DNA from: an uncultured Gammaproteobacteria bacterium
Lineage (GTDB): Bacteria; Patescibacteriota; Microgenomatia; UBA10105; UBA927
Direction of reading: 5' to 3'
Assembly: GCA_964349125.1 (NCBI GenBank)
Contig: CAYGFH010000005.1
Span: forward strand, 38,211 to 98,735
DNA: 60,525 nt
Positions within the stretch are counted from its first letter, which is position 1, and every line of letters begins with the position of its first letter. Shown piece after piece: positions 48,361-57,326 of this stretch. Under the pieces are notes generated by a model. The model was given only the letters and a program-made list of their open reading frames with translations, was not told the origin of the DNA and made no database searches. The translations under genes were made by a program, and so were the position numbers.

Positions 48361-48672
48361 ATGTCCACTGTTCGCACGTTCGAAGAGATTCGCCTCAGTG
48401 AGTTACCAGGGGCAAATCCTGAAGGCCTTGCAGGCTACACGCTTGCAATGGCAAAAGTCGTGTTCAATTTAGACCTTAAGGGGTGGGATGAGGTTGACGG
48501 AGAGCCAAGCGCGGTTTTCTCGTACAATCCATCTTCCTCGGGCAAATCATTGGAAACAAATGCATTACTGTATCGCGCTGGCGAACAGGCATATTTCCTG
48601 ATAACCCTTGAAGGGCATGATGAAGAAGGGGCAACGCAGGTAGTTGTGTATGTTTCGGGAATAGCTCCCTGA
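48361..48672 (+). CDS. Small acidic hypothetical protein
   Basis: SD TAAGGAG; 103 aa. Confidence 0.75.
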   Translation: MSTVRTFEEIRLSELPGANPEGLAGYTLAMAKVVFNLDLKGWDEVDGEPSAVFSYNPSSSGKSLETNALLYRAGEQAYFLITLEGHDEEGATQVVVYVSGIAP

Positions 48673-48806
48673 CCATCTTGCGTAGATACTTTGTCATTCC
48701 TCCCCCCACTTGTCCGGCAGGCGTATGCACCATGTACCCTGCCGGACAACATTTTTCGTATCTTTTTCCCCTTTGAAACGACCGTTTCCTTTGTTACACT
48801 GGATAC

Positions 48807-49886
48807 ATGCGTCCTCTTCGAATTGCCCAAATCGTGTTGCCTTGGATCTCGCTTCCACCGCAGGGGTACGCAGGCACCGAACGGATCGTCTATCATCTGA
48901 CCGAAGAGTTGGTCCGTCGCGGGCACCAGGTGACGTTATTTGCCTCAGGTGATTCACATACCTCCGCCAAACTGGAATCCGTTATCCCCAAGGCATTGGG
49001 ACTTCAGGGAAAAGTTATTGAAACGATGCAAACATCCTTTTATCCGCTTATGCATGTTGCCCGTGCGTATGAGCTTGCTGACCAGTTCGATATTATCCAT
49101 TCCCATGCTCAATTTTTATCCCTCCCGTTTTCCGCAGCCAGCAAGACACCCGTGATCCACACCTTTCACCGGCAATTTGAATTTGACACACAGGAAGAGC
49201 GGGATATCATAGCGGCATATGGGAGTAAGTTACTGTTTACCTCCATCAGCAACGCCCAACGGGTCGATGGGGTACAGTTTGTCGACACCGTCTATAACGG
49301 TGTGGATACTGGTGCGTATGTTCCGTCTCCCACTCATCCTACCCGTGATTATCTCTTTTGGGCAGGTCGGGTTACCGACAAAAAGGGACCGGAAGAGGCA
49401 ATCAAAGTTGCCAAACATGTGAAAATGAATCTGGTTATGGCCGGTGAGGTCACGGACATGGAGTATTTTGAAAAAAAGATTCGTCCGCACATAGACGGAG
49501 TTCACATACAGTTGGCCCAGCATGAAAATCGGGAGCATATCATAAACCTGTACCAGAACGCGAAGGTAACCCTGGTTCCGACCAAATGGAATGAGCCGTT
49601 CGGGCTGGTTCCTGTAGAGTCCATGTCGTGTGGCACGCCAGCGGTATCGTATGACAGGGGAGGCGTGTCCGAAACCATAGCAGATGGCACAGGATTCCTC
49701 GTGAACGAAGCGGAAGGGGTAGAGGGGTTGGTGCGTCGTGTGAAACAGATACTGGATATGTCTCCGGATCAATTTGGGGACATGAGTGAGAAGGCGCGTA
49801 CGCATGTCGTAGAGCATTTTTCCATTGGCGCAATGACGGACGGCTATGAACGCGTGTATGACAGAGTGGTGAACAAACAGGTATAA
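48807..49886 (+). CDS. Glycosyltransferase family 4
   Basis: PPQGYAGTER, WAGRVTDKKG, WNEPFGLVPVESMSCG. Confidence 0.93.
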   Translation: MRPLRIAQIVLPWISLPPQGYAGTERIVYHLTEELVRRGHQVTLFASGDSHTSAKLESVIPKALGLQGKVIETMQTSFYPLMHVARAYELADQFDIIHSHAQFLSLPFSAASKTPVIHTFHRQFEFDTQEERDIIAAYGSKLLFTSISNAQRVDGVQFVDTVYNGVDTGAYVPSPTHPTRDYLFWAGRVTDKKGPEEAIKVAKHVKMNLVMAGEVTDMEYFEKKIRPHIDGVHIQLAQHENREHIINLYQNAKVTLVPTKWNEPFGLVPVESMSCGTPAVSYDRGGVSETIADGTGFLVNEAEGVEGLVRRVKQILDMSPDQFGDMSEKARTHVVEHFSIGAMTDGYERVYDRVVNKQV

Positions 49887-49925
49887 ACAGTCAGTAGTAG
49901 TATCCCTCTTTACGGGATATCAATT

Positions 49926-51104
49926 ATGCGTATCGGTTTGGTATTTCCTTCTATTTATGCTTCATTGCACATGTTCCCCGATAAAATTTTTGCACCGCGA
50001 GAGCTATGTATAGATCTGGTAAACGGATTGGTGAGACATGGTCATGAAGTGACAGTCTACAGCGTCCCAGATTTTCAGACTGAAGCTACGCTTATAAGTG
50101 AGCCTATTGATACTGTTTCACACCCGCGTGTATACCATAAATTCAGACACATGCAGTCTGTGGATCGTGCAAAGATTGAGCATGAATATGCCAAACATCA
50201 GTTTGAACTACGGATGTTCACCCGGGCATTTAGGGATGCTCAAAACGGGAAGTACGATGTCATCCACGTATACCATGATTCCAGTTTATTCTTCTCCCAT
50301 TACCTGCAGCAATTTTTGCCGCACATGCCGGTTTGTTACACGCTGCATGATCCGCTTCCACCTCCAGATGCCTATGAATATGAAGAATTCACCAGGCATG
50401 CCAATCACAACTATGTGGCCATCAGCGATAGTTTTAGACGGAGTGCACTTCAGATTCATTTTGTCGATACGGTCTATCACGGTATTGATACGACGATCTA
50501 TCCGTATAATGATCACCCATTTGAATCATTCCTGTTTCTCGGTCGACTGGTAAAAGAAAAAGGACTGCATACAGCACTTGCAGCCTCACGAATCACGAGT
50601 GATTCCCTCGTTGTAAGCACGAACTTTCCAGATGAGGGAGAAAAAAATGCGTACTATGACGAGCTGATGGAATCGCTACATCTGTCGCAGGTACATCGTA
50701 TTGGTGTGGTGAGTAAGCCTGAGCGTATTGAGCTCTATAGACAGGCAAAGGCGCTACTGTTTCCGATAGAGTGGGAAGAACCTTTTGGGATTGTCCTTAT
50801 AGAGGCAATGGCGTGTGGTACACCGGTTATCGCATTTAACCGCGGCAGCGTTCCTGAAATAGTGAAAGACGGCGTTACCGGGTTTATCATCGAGCCTGAT
50901 GATGGGCATACAAGAAACCATTCTGGTCCATTGTCCGTACAGAAAACCGGTATCGATGGTATTGTGGAGGCAATGAGGAGAATACGCGAGATAGATAGAA
51001 AAGATTGTAGACAACACGTACAGGAAAAATTTTCAATCGATCACATGGTCCGCGGATATGAGCGCGTATACATGTCTATACGAGATAGTATCTTTCAACA
51101 ATAA
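49926..51104 (+). CDS. Glycosyltransferase family 4
   Basis: FLGRLVKEKG, WEEPFGIVLIEAMACGTP. Confidence 0.93.
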   Translation: MRIGLVFPSIYASLHMFPDKIFAPRELCIDLVNGLVRHGHEVTVYSVPDFQTEATLISEPIDTVSHPRVYHKFRHMQSVDRAKIEHEYAKHQFELRMFTRAFRDAQNGKYDVIHVYHDSSLFFSHYLQQFLPHMPVCYTLHDPLPPPDAYEYEEFTRHANHNYVAISDSFRRSALQIHFVDTVYHGIDTTIYPYNDHPFESFLFLGRLVKEKGLHTALAASRITSDSLVVSTNFPDEGEKNAYYDELMESLHLSQVHRIGVVSKPERIELYRQAKALLFPIEWEEPFGIVLIEAMACGTPVIAFNRGSVPEIVKDGVTGFIIEPDDGHTRNHSGPLSVQKTGIDGIVEAMRRIREIDRKDCRQHVQEKFSIDHMVRGYERVYMSIRDSIFQQ

Positions 51105-51461
51105 TGAAGCTCCGATTTTTCGTACACTTCAGCGTTTTCCGCACGTAAATATAGCGATACGAGAGATTTAGTTATAGCGCATAATATAGATCTATAATAG
51201 CTATATGCGTATAGATTTTATCTCAGAAATAATTCAGATATATTTGGAAAAATTTTAGCACTCAAAAGCTTGTATGTGACAGTATCCAAAACAGGATAGT
51301 ATACGACAATAACACTGATATGTGTGAACTATGTTTGGGACATATTTCTTTCACAAGAATTAAAATCTGTCCTTGACAACAGCGCACGTCTGCGACAAGA
51401 TAGTATCAACCAATAACACTGTCGCTAGTAGCTGTATACGGGTTGTTATAATGGTCTATAC

Positions 51462-52061
51462 ATGAACTCAGATGCACAGGATCCATCAGAATCAATTAAA
51501 TTGCCGAGCGAAGAAACGCTGATTGCCACTGCGAAGGCAATGCTCGAGAAGTTTAAAACAGCGCCTGATGACGGTTCAAAATACGCATCAGTGCAACATC
51601 TGTTGTGCTTGATATGCGTGGGACTTCCCGTCGATTCATCAACTCTGCCCCAGTATAACCCATACTATATAAAACGCACGTTAAAGCGTCTCAAAGCCCA
51701 AAAACTTGCAGAACTGGTAGACAAAACTTACGTGCTTACCGTACGGGGGAAGCGGTGGATATTGAAGTATACTCTGGAAGATCTTTCTATAGCAGTACCG
51801 GCAAAATGGGACGGCAGGTGGCGTATGATTATTTATGATGTCGCTCGTCATAAAGCAACACTTCGAAATATATTCAGATCAACTATTAAGCGACTAGGAT
51901 TTTATAATGTCCAGGAAAGTGTATGGATTTTTCCATTCCCCTGTGAAAAAGAAATTTCTTTCCTGCGAGACTATTGCGGTATGGGAACTGATGTCATGTA
52001 TATCATCGTCCACAAGATAGAAAACGATGCCGTGTACAAAGAGCATTTTAAACTTCAGTAG
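51462..52061 (+). CDS. PaaX-like regulator (wHTH + Cas2-like/ferredoxin domain)
   Basis: YVLTVRG, KWDGRWRMIIYD, LGFYNVQESVWIFP. Confidence 0.85.
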   Translation: MNSDAQDPSESIKLPSEETLIATAKAMLEKFKTAPDDGSKYASVQHLLCLICVGLPVDSSTLPQYNPYYIKRTLKRLKAQKLAELVDKTYVLTVRGKRWILKYTLEDLSIAVPAKWDGRWRMIIYDVARHKATLRNIFRSTIKRLGFYNVQESVWIFPFPCEKEISFLRDYCGMGTDVMYIIVHKIENDAVYKEHFKLQ

Positions 52062-52405
52062 CTTTTTTCGGCGTACATACCCCCTTTTTTTGGCAGCATA
52101 GTATTTTTCCTGCTAATATCGATATGGACTGTTATAAAAGGATATTACACGGGTGTTACACAAATGCACCGACGAAAAAAATGCTAAAAGTGCCTATAAT
52201 TCGCCGTATTTCCATACCGCTATACTCAATTTGGCACTATATATTATCGATTGATAGCTTGATCTTCTTAATAGGTTGAATCCGGTGCACATATTGCTGC
52301 TTGTCTCTGTCAACTGCCAGGTGAAAAACTCTATCGTTTGCCAATTTTCCCACCTGTGTAAGTATGCGAATCATACATTCATATAATTCATGGTAGTATA
52401 GGTGT

Positions 52406-53863
52406 ATGAATATAGTATTTGTGACAAGCGAAGTGGCAGGGATATATAAAATCGGTGGACTTGCTGACGTAAGTCAATCACTTCCGAAAGCACTGGGAAA
52501 ACTAGGACATACTGTTACGGTACTGTTACCAAGATACCGGGAGGTAGAATCATATGGTGGTAAACACATAGGGGATATAGTCGTTCGGTTCTCGGGGCAA
52601 ACCGAGTCCGTGTCTCTCTACGAGTTGACTTGTGCTGATGCGGGTGTTCGTACCATTGTTCTGGATCATCCGCTCCTAAAGGAATATCACTCGGAGAAAA
52701 TATCGGAAGTATTTACCTTCTATTCTATCGTGGCTGCGAGCCTCTGTAGTGACTCTGAACGGTATTTCGGCGTGTCGACGGATATTGTGCACTGTCATGA
52801 CTGGCATACTGGGCTTGTACCCGTGTTAATGGCTCCAAAGAAATGTCTTCCCGGGTCGTCAGAACGAGGTAAAATGAAAAACATTCCAACTGTTTTTACA
52901 ATCCATAATCTACTATATACCGGTAATATTTCTGCGGAATTATTGCACAGATTGATTGGCGATTTAGATCTTTGCGATGGTCCGGGTAATAATATTTTTC
53001 ATGAATTTTCCCACGATAAAACATATACAAGTTTACTGCGGGAAGGTCTTGAACATGCTACTGTGGTCTCAACTGTTTCTCCAACCTACGCCGACGAAAT
53101 TAGCATAACGCACCCGGCTCCTATAGAAGATGTACTCGTTAGAAGAAAATCAAAGTTTTTCGGTATACTAAATGGTATTGATATGCAGATTTGGGATCCG
53201 CAAACTGATGGTAAAATCCAAAGTAATTATGGTGTACAAACTGTTGATGCACTCAAGAAAAATAACAAAAAACACCTCCAGGAGATATTGCAATTGCCGA
53301 CTGATAATACATTTATCATTGGGTTTGTCGGAAGGATAGAGCCACGTCAAAAGGGGATTGACCTAGTGCTTTCTATTTTGTCGAAGATAGTTTCAGACAG
53401 AAATATTCAGGTAATTTTTTTGGGGACAGGAGAAGATAAAACTGAAAAATCTTTACTGGAAATAGCAACCAAATTTCCGGGTCAGATCGCGTTTATGAAT
53501 AGGTTCGACGACAGAATAGCACATCAGATATATGCTGGTAGTGACGCGCTTCTTGTCCCATCAAAATTCGAGCCGTGCGGGTTAACTCAGCTTATTGCAA
53601 TGCGCTACGGGACTCTACCAATCGTAAGAAAAACTGGCGGATTGGCTGACACGGTGGAGGATGGTGTTACCGGGTTTGCGTTCAATGACTATGATGCCGA
53701 TCAGCTTAGGGATAAAATATGCAATGCCTACGATCTGTGGTTACTGCATCGATCGACATGGTCAGGTATGATGCGAACTTCTATGCAGCGTGACTTTTCA
53801 TGGGAGCAAAGTGCTGCAGCGTATGTCCATATGTATGAGACAGCTCTAGGTGCTATACAGTAA
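52406..53863 (+). CDS. glgA: Glycogen/starch synthase (GT5)
   Basis: KIGGLADV, HCHDWH, FTIHNL, PSKFEPCGLTQLIAMRYG, TGGLADTV. Confidence 0.95.
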   Translation: MNIVFVTSEVAGIYKIGGLADVSQSLPKALGKLGHTVTVLLPRYREVESYGGKHIGDIVVRFSGQTESVSLYELTCADAGVRTIVLDHPLLKEYHSEKISEVFTFYSIVAASLCSDSERYFGVSTDIVHCHDWHTGLVPVLMAPKKCLPGSSERGKMKNIPTVFTIHNLLYTGNISAELLHRLIGDLDLCDGPGNNIFHEFSHDKTYTSLLREGLEHATVVSTVSPTYADEISITHPAPIEDVLVRRKSKFFGILNGIDMQIWDPQTDGKIQSNYGVQTVDALKKNNKKHLQEILQLPTDNTFIIGFVGRIEPRQKGIDLVLSILSKIVSDRNIQVIFLGTGEDKTEKSLLEIATKFPGQIAFMNRFDDRIAHQIYAGSDALLVPSKFEPCGLTQLIAMRYGTLPIVRKTGGLADTVEDGVTGFAFNDYDADQLRDKICNAYDLWLLHRSTWSGMMRTSMQRDFSWEQSAAAYVHMYETALGAIQ

Positions 53864-54068
53864 CGGTCTGCTACCTAACCCCGACGGAAATATAGGAACG
53901 CGCTTCGATAATGGTTCAACCAAAAATACCGGAATTTTTGGTACTACTATGCCAAAAGTAGTGTATTATTGTGATCTATTTGTATATACTTGTAAGAACT
54001 TGTATTAAAATTACATTATCCTTTCATATCAATCCAAATCGGGATATAGATCACTTTAATTGCTCAAT

Positions 54069-55019
54069 TTAGCCCGATCGAAGATATGCTATGGATCTGC
54101 TCTTGCCAAATGCGGTCAATACACCTTGCGATACGAGGTACGAAAGATCGCGTGATGCAGTCAGTTGAGATATCCCAAAGCGTCTGCGAAGTACGGCATT
54201 ATTTATACTGCTTCCCGGTTTATCCAATAACTGAAGGATTGAACGTTGTCGTTGTGTCAACAAAATGCGTCTATTCGTCGTTATGTTCCTGTCTGTGATG
54301 CGATTTGTGAGTACTGTGATGCTATCCTCGAGTGTTTTTTTCAGTACAAGCGAATTAAACAGTATCCAGTGATTCAGATTTTTGTCTGTATCGATACTAT
54401 GCAGTGCAGATTGGAGTGATTCTGATTGTATTGCCCACTCAGAGAGCGGGTTAACCCGCCCAGAACATACATACCCGTGTGACGCCAGGACTGCATACGC
54501 AATCAGCATAGCTGCCTCACGCCTCGTATCTGTTTCCAGTGGGCTTGTGTATACCAGAGCGCTCATAATAGCCGCCTGTATGACCGGATGCTCATTTCCT
54601 GAGCTTATGTATGCAATACCGCTTGAAATATGACTTTGGACGATATTCCAGGCTGAATTACCCGTCTTGCGGAACTCACGAAATAAGTCTGCATATGAGT
54701 TGGTCTGTACATAGGCATCTGTGCCTACCCATAATTCATGGATGGTGCATAGAGCGTCCCAATAGTGTCTGTACCGTATGCCTTCGGGTGTGCTGCTTCG
54801 TTTTGACCTGATGGTATGTTCTATATGCTGGTACACTGAAGGATGCTGTTCCAGCCCAAATGCAGTAGCGATAACGGCAAGCTGAGTATCAAACCGTACC
54901 CCACGATCAACGGCGGGCGGAACTACAAGTGATGATAATTGAACGCGGAGCATTTCTATCTTCCGAAGGAGGGATTCTTGCGCTATGGACTGTGTGTATG
55001 TCAGCGGAATCATATCCAT
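54069..55019 (-). CDS. Fic-like protein with degenerate catalytic motif and C-terminal HTH
   Basis: HPVIQAA followed by SPLETDTRREA in place of HPFxxGNGR; C-terminal TASRDLSYLV HTH. Confidence 0.65.
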   Translation of the reverse strand: MDMIPLTYTQSIAQESLLRKIEMLRVQLSSLVVPPAVDRGVRFDTQLAVIATAFGLEQHPSVYQHIEHTIRSKRSSTPEGIRYRHYWDALCTIHELWVGTDAYVQTNSYADLFREFRKTGNSAWNIVQSHISSGIAYISSGNEHPVIQAAIMSALVYTSPLETDTRREAAMLIAYAVLASHGYVCSGRVNPLSEWAIQSESLQSALHSIDTDKNLNHWILFNSLVLKKTLEDSITVLTNRITDRNITTNRRILLTQRQRSILQLLDKPGSSINNAVLRRRFGISQLTASRDLSYLVSQGVLTAFGKSRSIAYLRSG

Positions 55020-55249
55020 ATGATCGTACCGGTTATCGTATCATGTCGGTGGGTCGTGGACAAGTTGATTTTGCACGATTTCATTTCACAAATGTATATT
55101 TGAAATGATAAGCAAATGAATAGATATGTTCCAGTTCGATACCAGTCTATTGACAAGCGCTTTTTATTATTACATAGTATGTATACGGGCTTGGGTGAAC
55201 TTGTAAAAACAATTGGGCTAAATTGTAATAACTGGTAAATTTCGAGCCT

Positions 55250-57193
55250 ATGCCTGCCACATTCACCGTAAAACAAGTTGCCGATATTTTAGGGTATAGC
55301 ACGAACAGCATTTATACGTTCCTCAAGGCAAAGCGCATCAAAGGTGTACGGGTGGGAAAAGGAAGATTCCGCATTCCACAGTCTGAACTCGATAGGTTAC
55401 TTCTCGTAAAAACCGGATCATCAAACACTGTGCTACCTCAATCTTCAAGCATTGTATCCCAAAAACCGTATCTTGCCTCCGTAGATATGCCTACCGTTGA
55501 GTCTCGTGTGTATGCGCCCGACGTATTTGTTGATCCGATTGCATCGCACGGGCGTGTAGAAGTTCCGAGTCTATTCGATTGGTTTGTGGGAGTGGGATCC
55601 ATTATTTTGGGCTTTGCGATGTTTTTATTTTCAAAATCATATGAAGAATTTGCAGCGACAACGAGTATTTCATGGATTCCAATGGTACGCAGCATATGTA
55701 TAGCCGGCGGATTTGGTCTACTGCTTTCAGATATCCTAGGAAAAAAATCTGCTGCATGGGCATCTATTTTTAGGGCTATCTTACTGGTTGTATATGGTCT
55801 GTATGCAGTTGTATCCGTATACAGCGGGAATAGTGATGCTGGTGTCGTGTTTGGACTCTTAGTTCCTCTGTTGGCATTGTCTTTTAGTTCTGCGTTTGGT
55901 GGCCTAAAGCTTTTTATCGCATATGCTAGTGCTACCTCCGTCTATTTGCTTGGTTCACTGGTGCTTCAAAGCGGCGCTGTGGGTGAAGCACCCGGATTAT
56001 TGGCTGGCGGTGGGATCGGTATTGTAGGACTTCTCGTGGCTTGGGCATTATTTTTGCTCGTTGAACGAGGTGTGTTTTTCAATAGTGGCATCGTGATGCT
56101 CTGTGGTTTGCTACTATATGCATCTGCGCAATATGCCGGGCACATGATGTGGGGGAGAGCGCTGTATATTTTGATGGCCTCCTTGTGTACCGTATTTATT
56201 CCGATATGGAAAACATTAGCATTTGCCCACAAACGCGATAGATCATTCGTATTTGGCGTTATCGGTTCGTTATTACTTGTATTTATCTTCGTAATCGGAT
56301 TCATACGTATTATGCAATCCAACATGGTGTCAGTCGCGTCTCGTGAACTTGACAACAAAGTTGTTTATGGGAAAGTTTCTGTCGAAACATCGTTGGAATC
56401 AGCTAAAAATTCTCTCACCTCGCTTGCTACAAATCCGCTTCTTATTGATGCGCTGCAATCAAATAAAACGACCACACTTATTGATCTAAGTAAAACTGTC
56501 GTTGGGGTAAATACTACGATTCGCCGTGTGGTAACCATATCTCCACAAGGAGATGTCTATGCTGTCTACCCATATAGCGAACAGACGAAAACAAGCGCGC
56601 TGGACACAGAGTATTATAGTAGGGCTAGAGCCTCAAAACAGCTCGTTATATCAGATATTTTTGAAGTGGTGACAGATGAGTCAAAGCGTAAAGTTGTCGT
56701 TATTGCGGTCCCGGTGCTGGGCAAAGAGTCAGATGTTGTTGGTGTCATTGCCGGCTTTTTGGATATAGACAATATCGGCTTGAAACTACAGCAATTGTCA
56801 TCCGAATCAATTGGAGAATTTGCAGTAGTGGTAGATAAGAGCGGCCGGCACATCATTCATCCTGATATGGCGTTATTAGGCGTGGAGGTTGATAAGAATG
56901 ACCCTATTAGGATGGGGCTTACAGGAAAGCGCGGCGTGAGTGATGCATACAGAGAGCGTGGTATGTACATGTTAACTGCCGTAGAAACAGTGAATGACGG
57001 TACAGGTTGGGCGATCGCAATGAGAGTGCCTCTTGTCTCCGTGCTTCGAATGTCTGAAACATCTCTATTTGTTTTATTATTTCTTCTTGTTGTAAGTTCG
57101 TGTATTATTGCAATCTTTTTTTTCAGTCATCGAAAGAAAGTGTATCTAAGCAGACAGGACGAGTATGTCGTACAGAAAGGGAATAGTTCATGA
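55250..57193 (+). CDS. Excisionase-type HTH + multi-TM + Cache-like sensor domain protein
   Basis: FTVKQVADILG...GRFRIPQSELDRL; about 9 TM helices; ISDIFE...VVIAVPV...VVDKSGRHIIHPD. Confidence 0.8.
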   Translation: MPATFTVKQVADILGYSTNSIYTFLKAKRIKGVRVGKGRFRIPQSELDRLLLVKTGSSNTVLPQSSSIVSQKPYLASVDMPTVESRVYAPDVFVDPIASHGRVEVPSLFDWFVGVGSIILGFAMFLFSKSYEEFAATTSISWIPMVRSICIAGGFGLLLSDILGKKSAAWASIFRAILLVVYGLYAVVSVYSGNSDAGVVFGLLVPLLALSFSSAFGGLKLFIAYASATSVYLLGSLVLQSGAVGEAPGLLAGGGIGIVGLLVAWALFLLVERGVFFNSGIVMLCGLLLYASAQYAGHMMWGRALYILMASLCTVFIPIWKTLAFAHKRDRSFVFGVIGSLLLVFIFVIGFIRIMQSNMVSVASRELDNKVVYGKVSVETSLESAKNSLTSLATNPLLIDALQSNKTTTLIDLSKTVVGVNTTIRRVVTISPQGDVYAVYPYSEQTKTSALDTEYYSRARASKQLVISDIFEVVTDESKRKVVVIAVPVLGKESDVVGVIAGFLDIDNIGLKLQQLSSESIGEFAVVVDKSGRHIIHPDMALLGVEVDKNDPIRMGLTGKRGVSDAYRERGMYMLTAVETVNDGTGWAIAMRVPLVSVLRMSETSLFVLLFLLVVSSCIIAIFFFSHRKKVYLSRQDEYVVQKGNSS

Positions 57194-57326
57194 AGATGTA
57201 TCTATCAATAGATGGCACATCCCGCACCGCGGGATTTTTGGCTTTATGTGAAGCTGATTTTACCGGTTTTTACAAGTTCTTTACAGTGATTTTACAAGTA
57301 TCATCGAGTGTATACATACAGTACTT

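Noticed and set aside
51462-52061. Cas2 / CRISPR system
   Set aside because: It has a wHTH plus WDGRWR PaaX-like architecture and stands alone, with no array or other cas genes.
210-57000. Numerous short overlapping ORFs antisense or out-of-frame to the called genes
   Set aside because: They lie inside longer motif-supported CDSs and show no independent coding signals.
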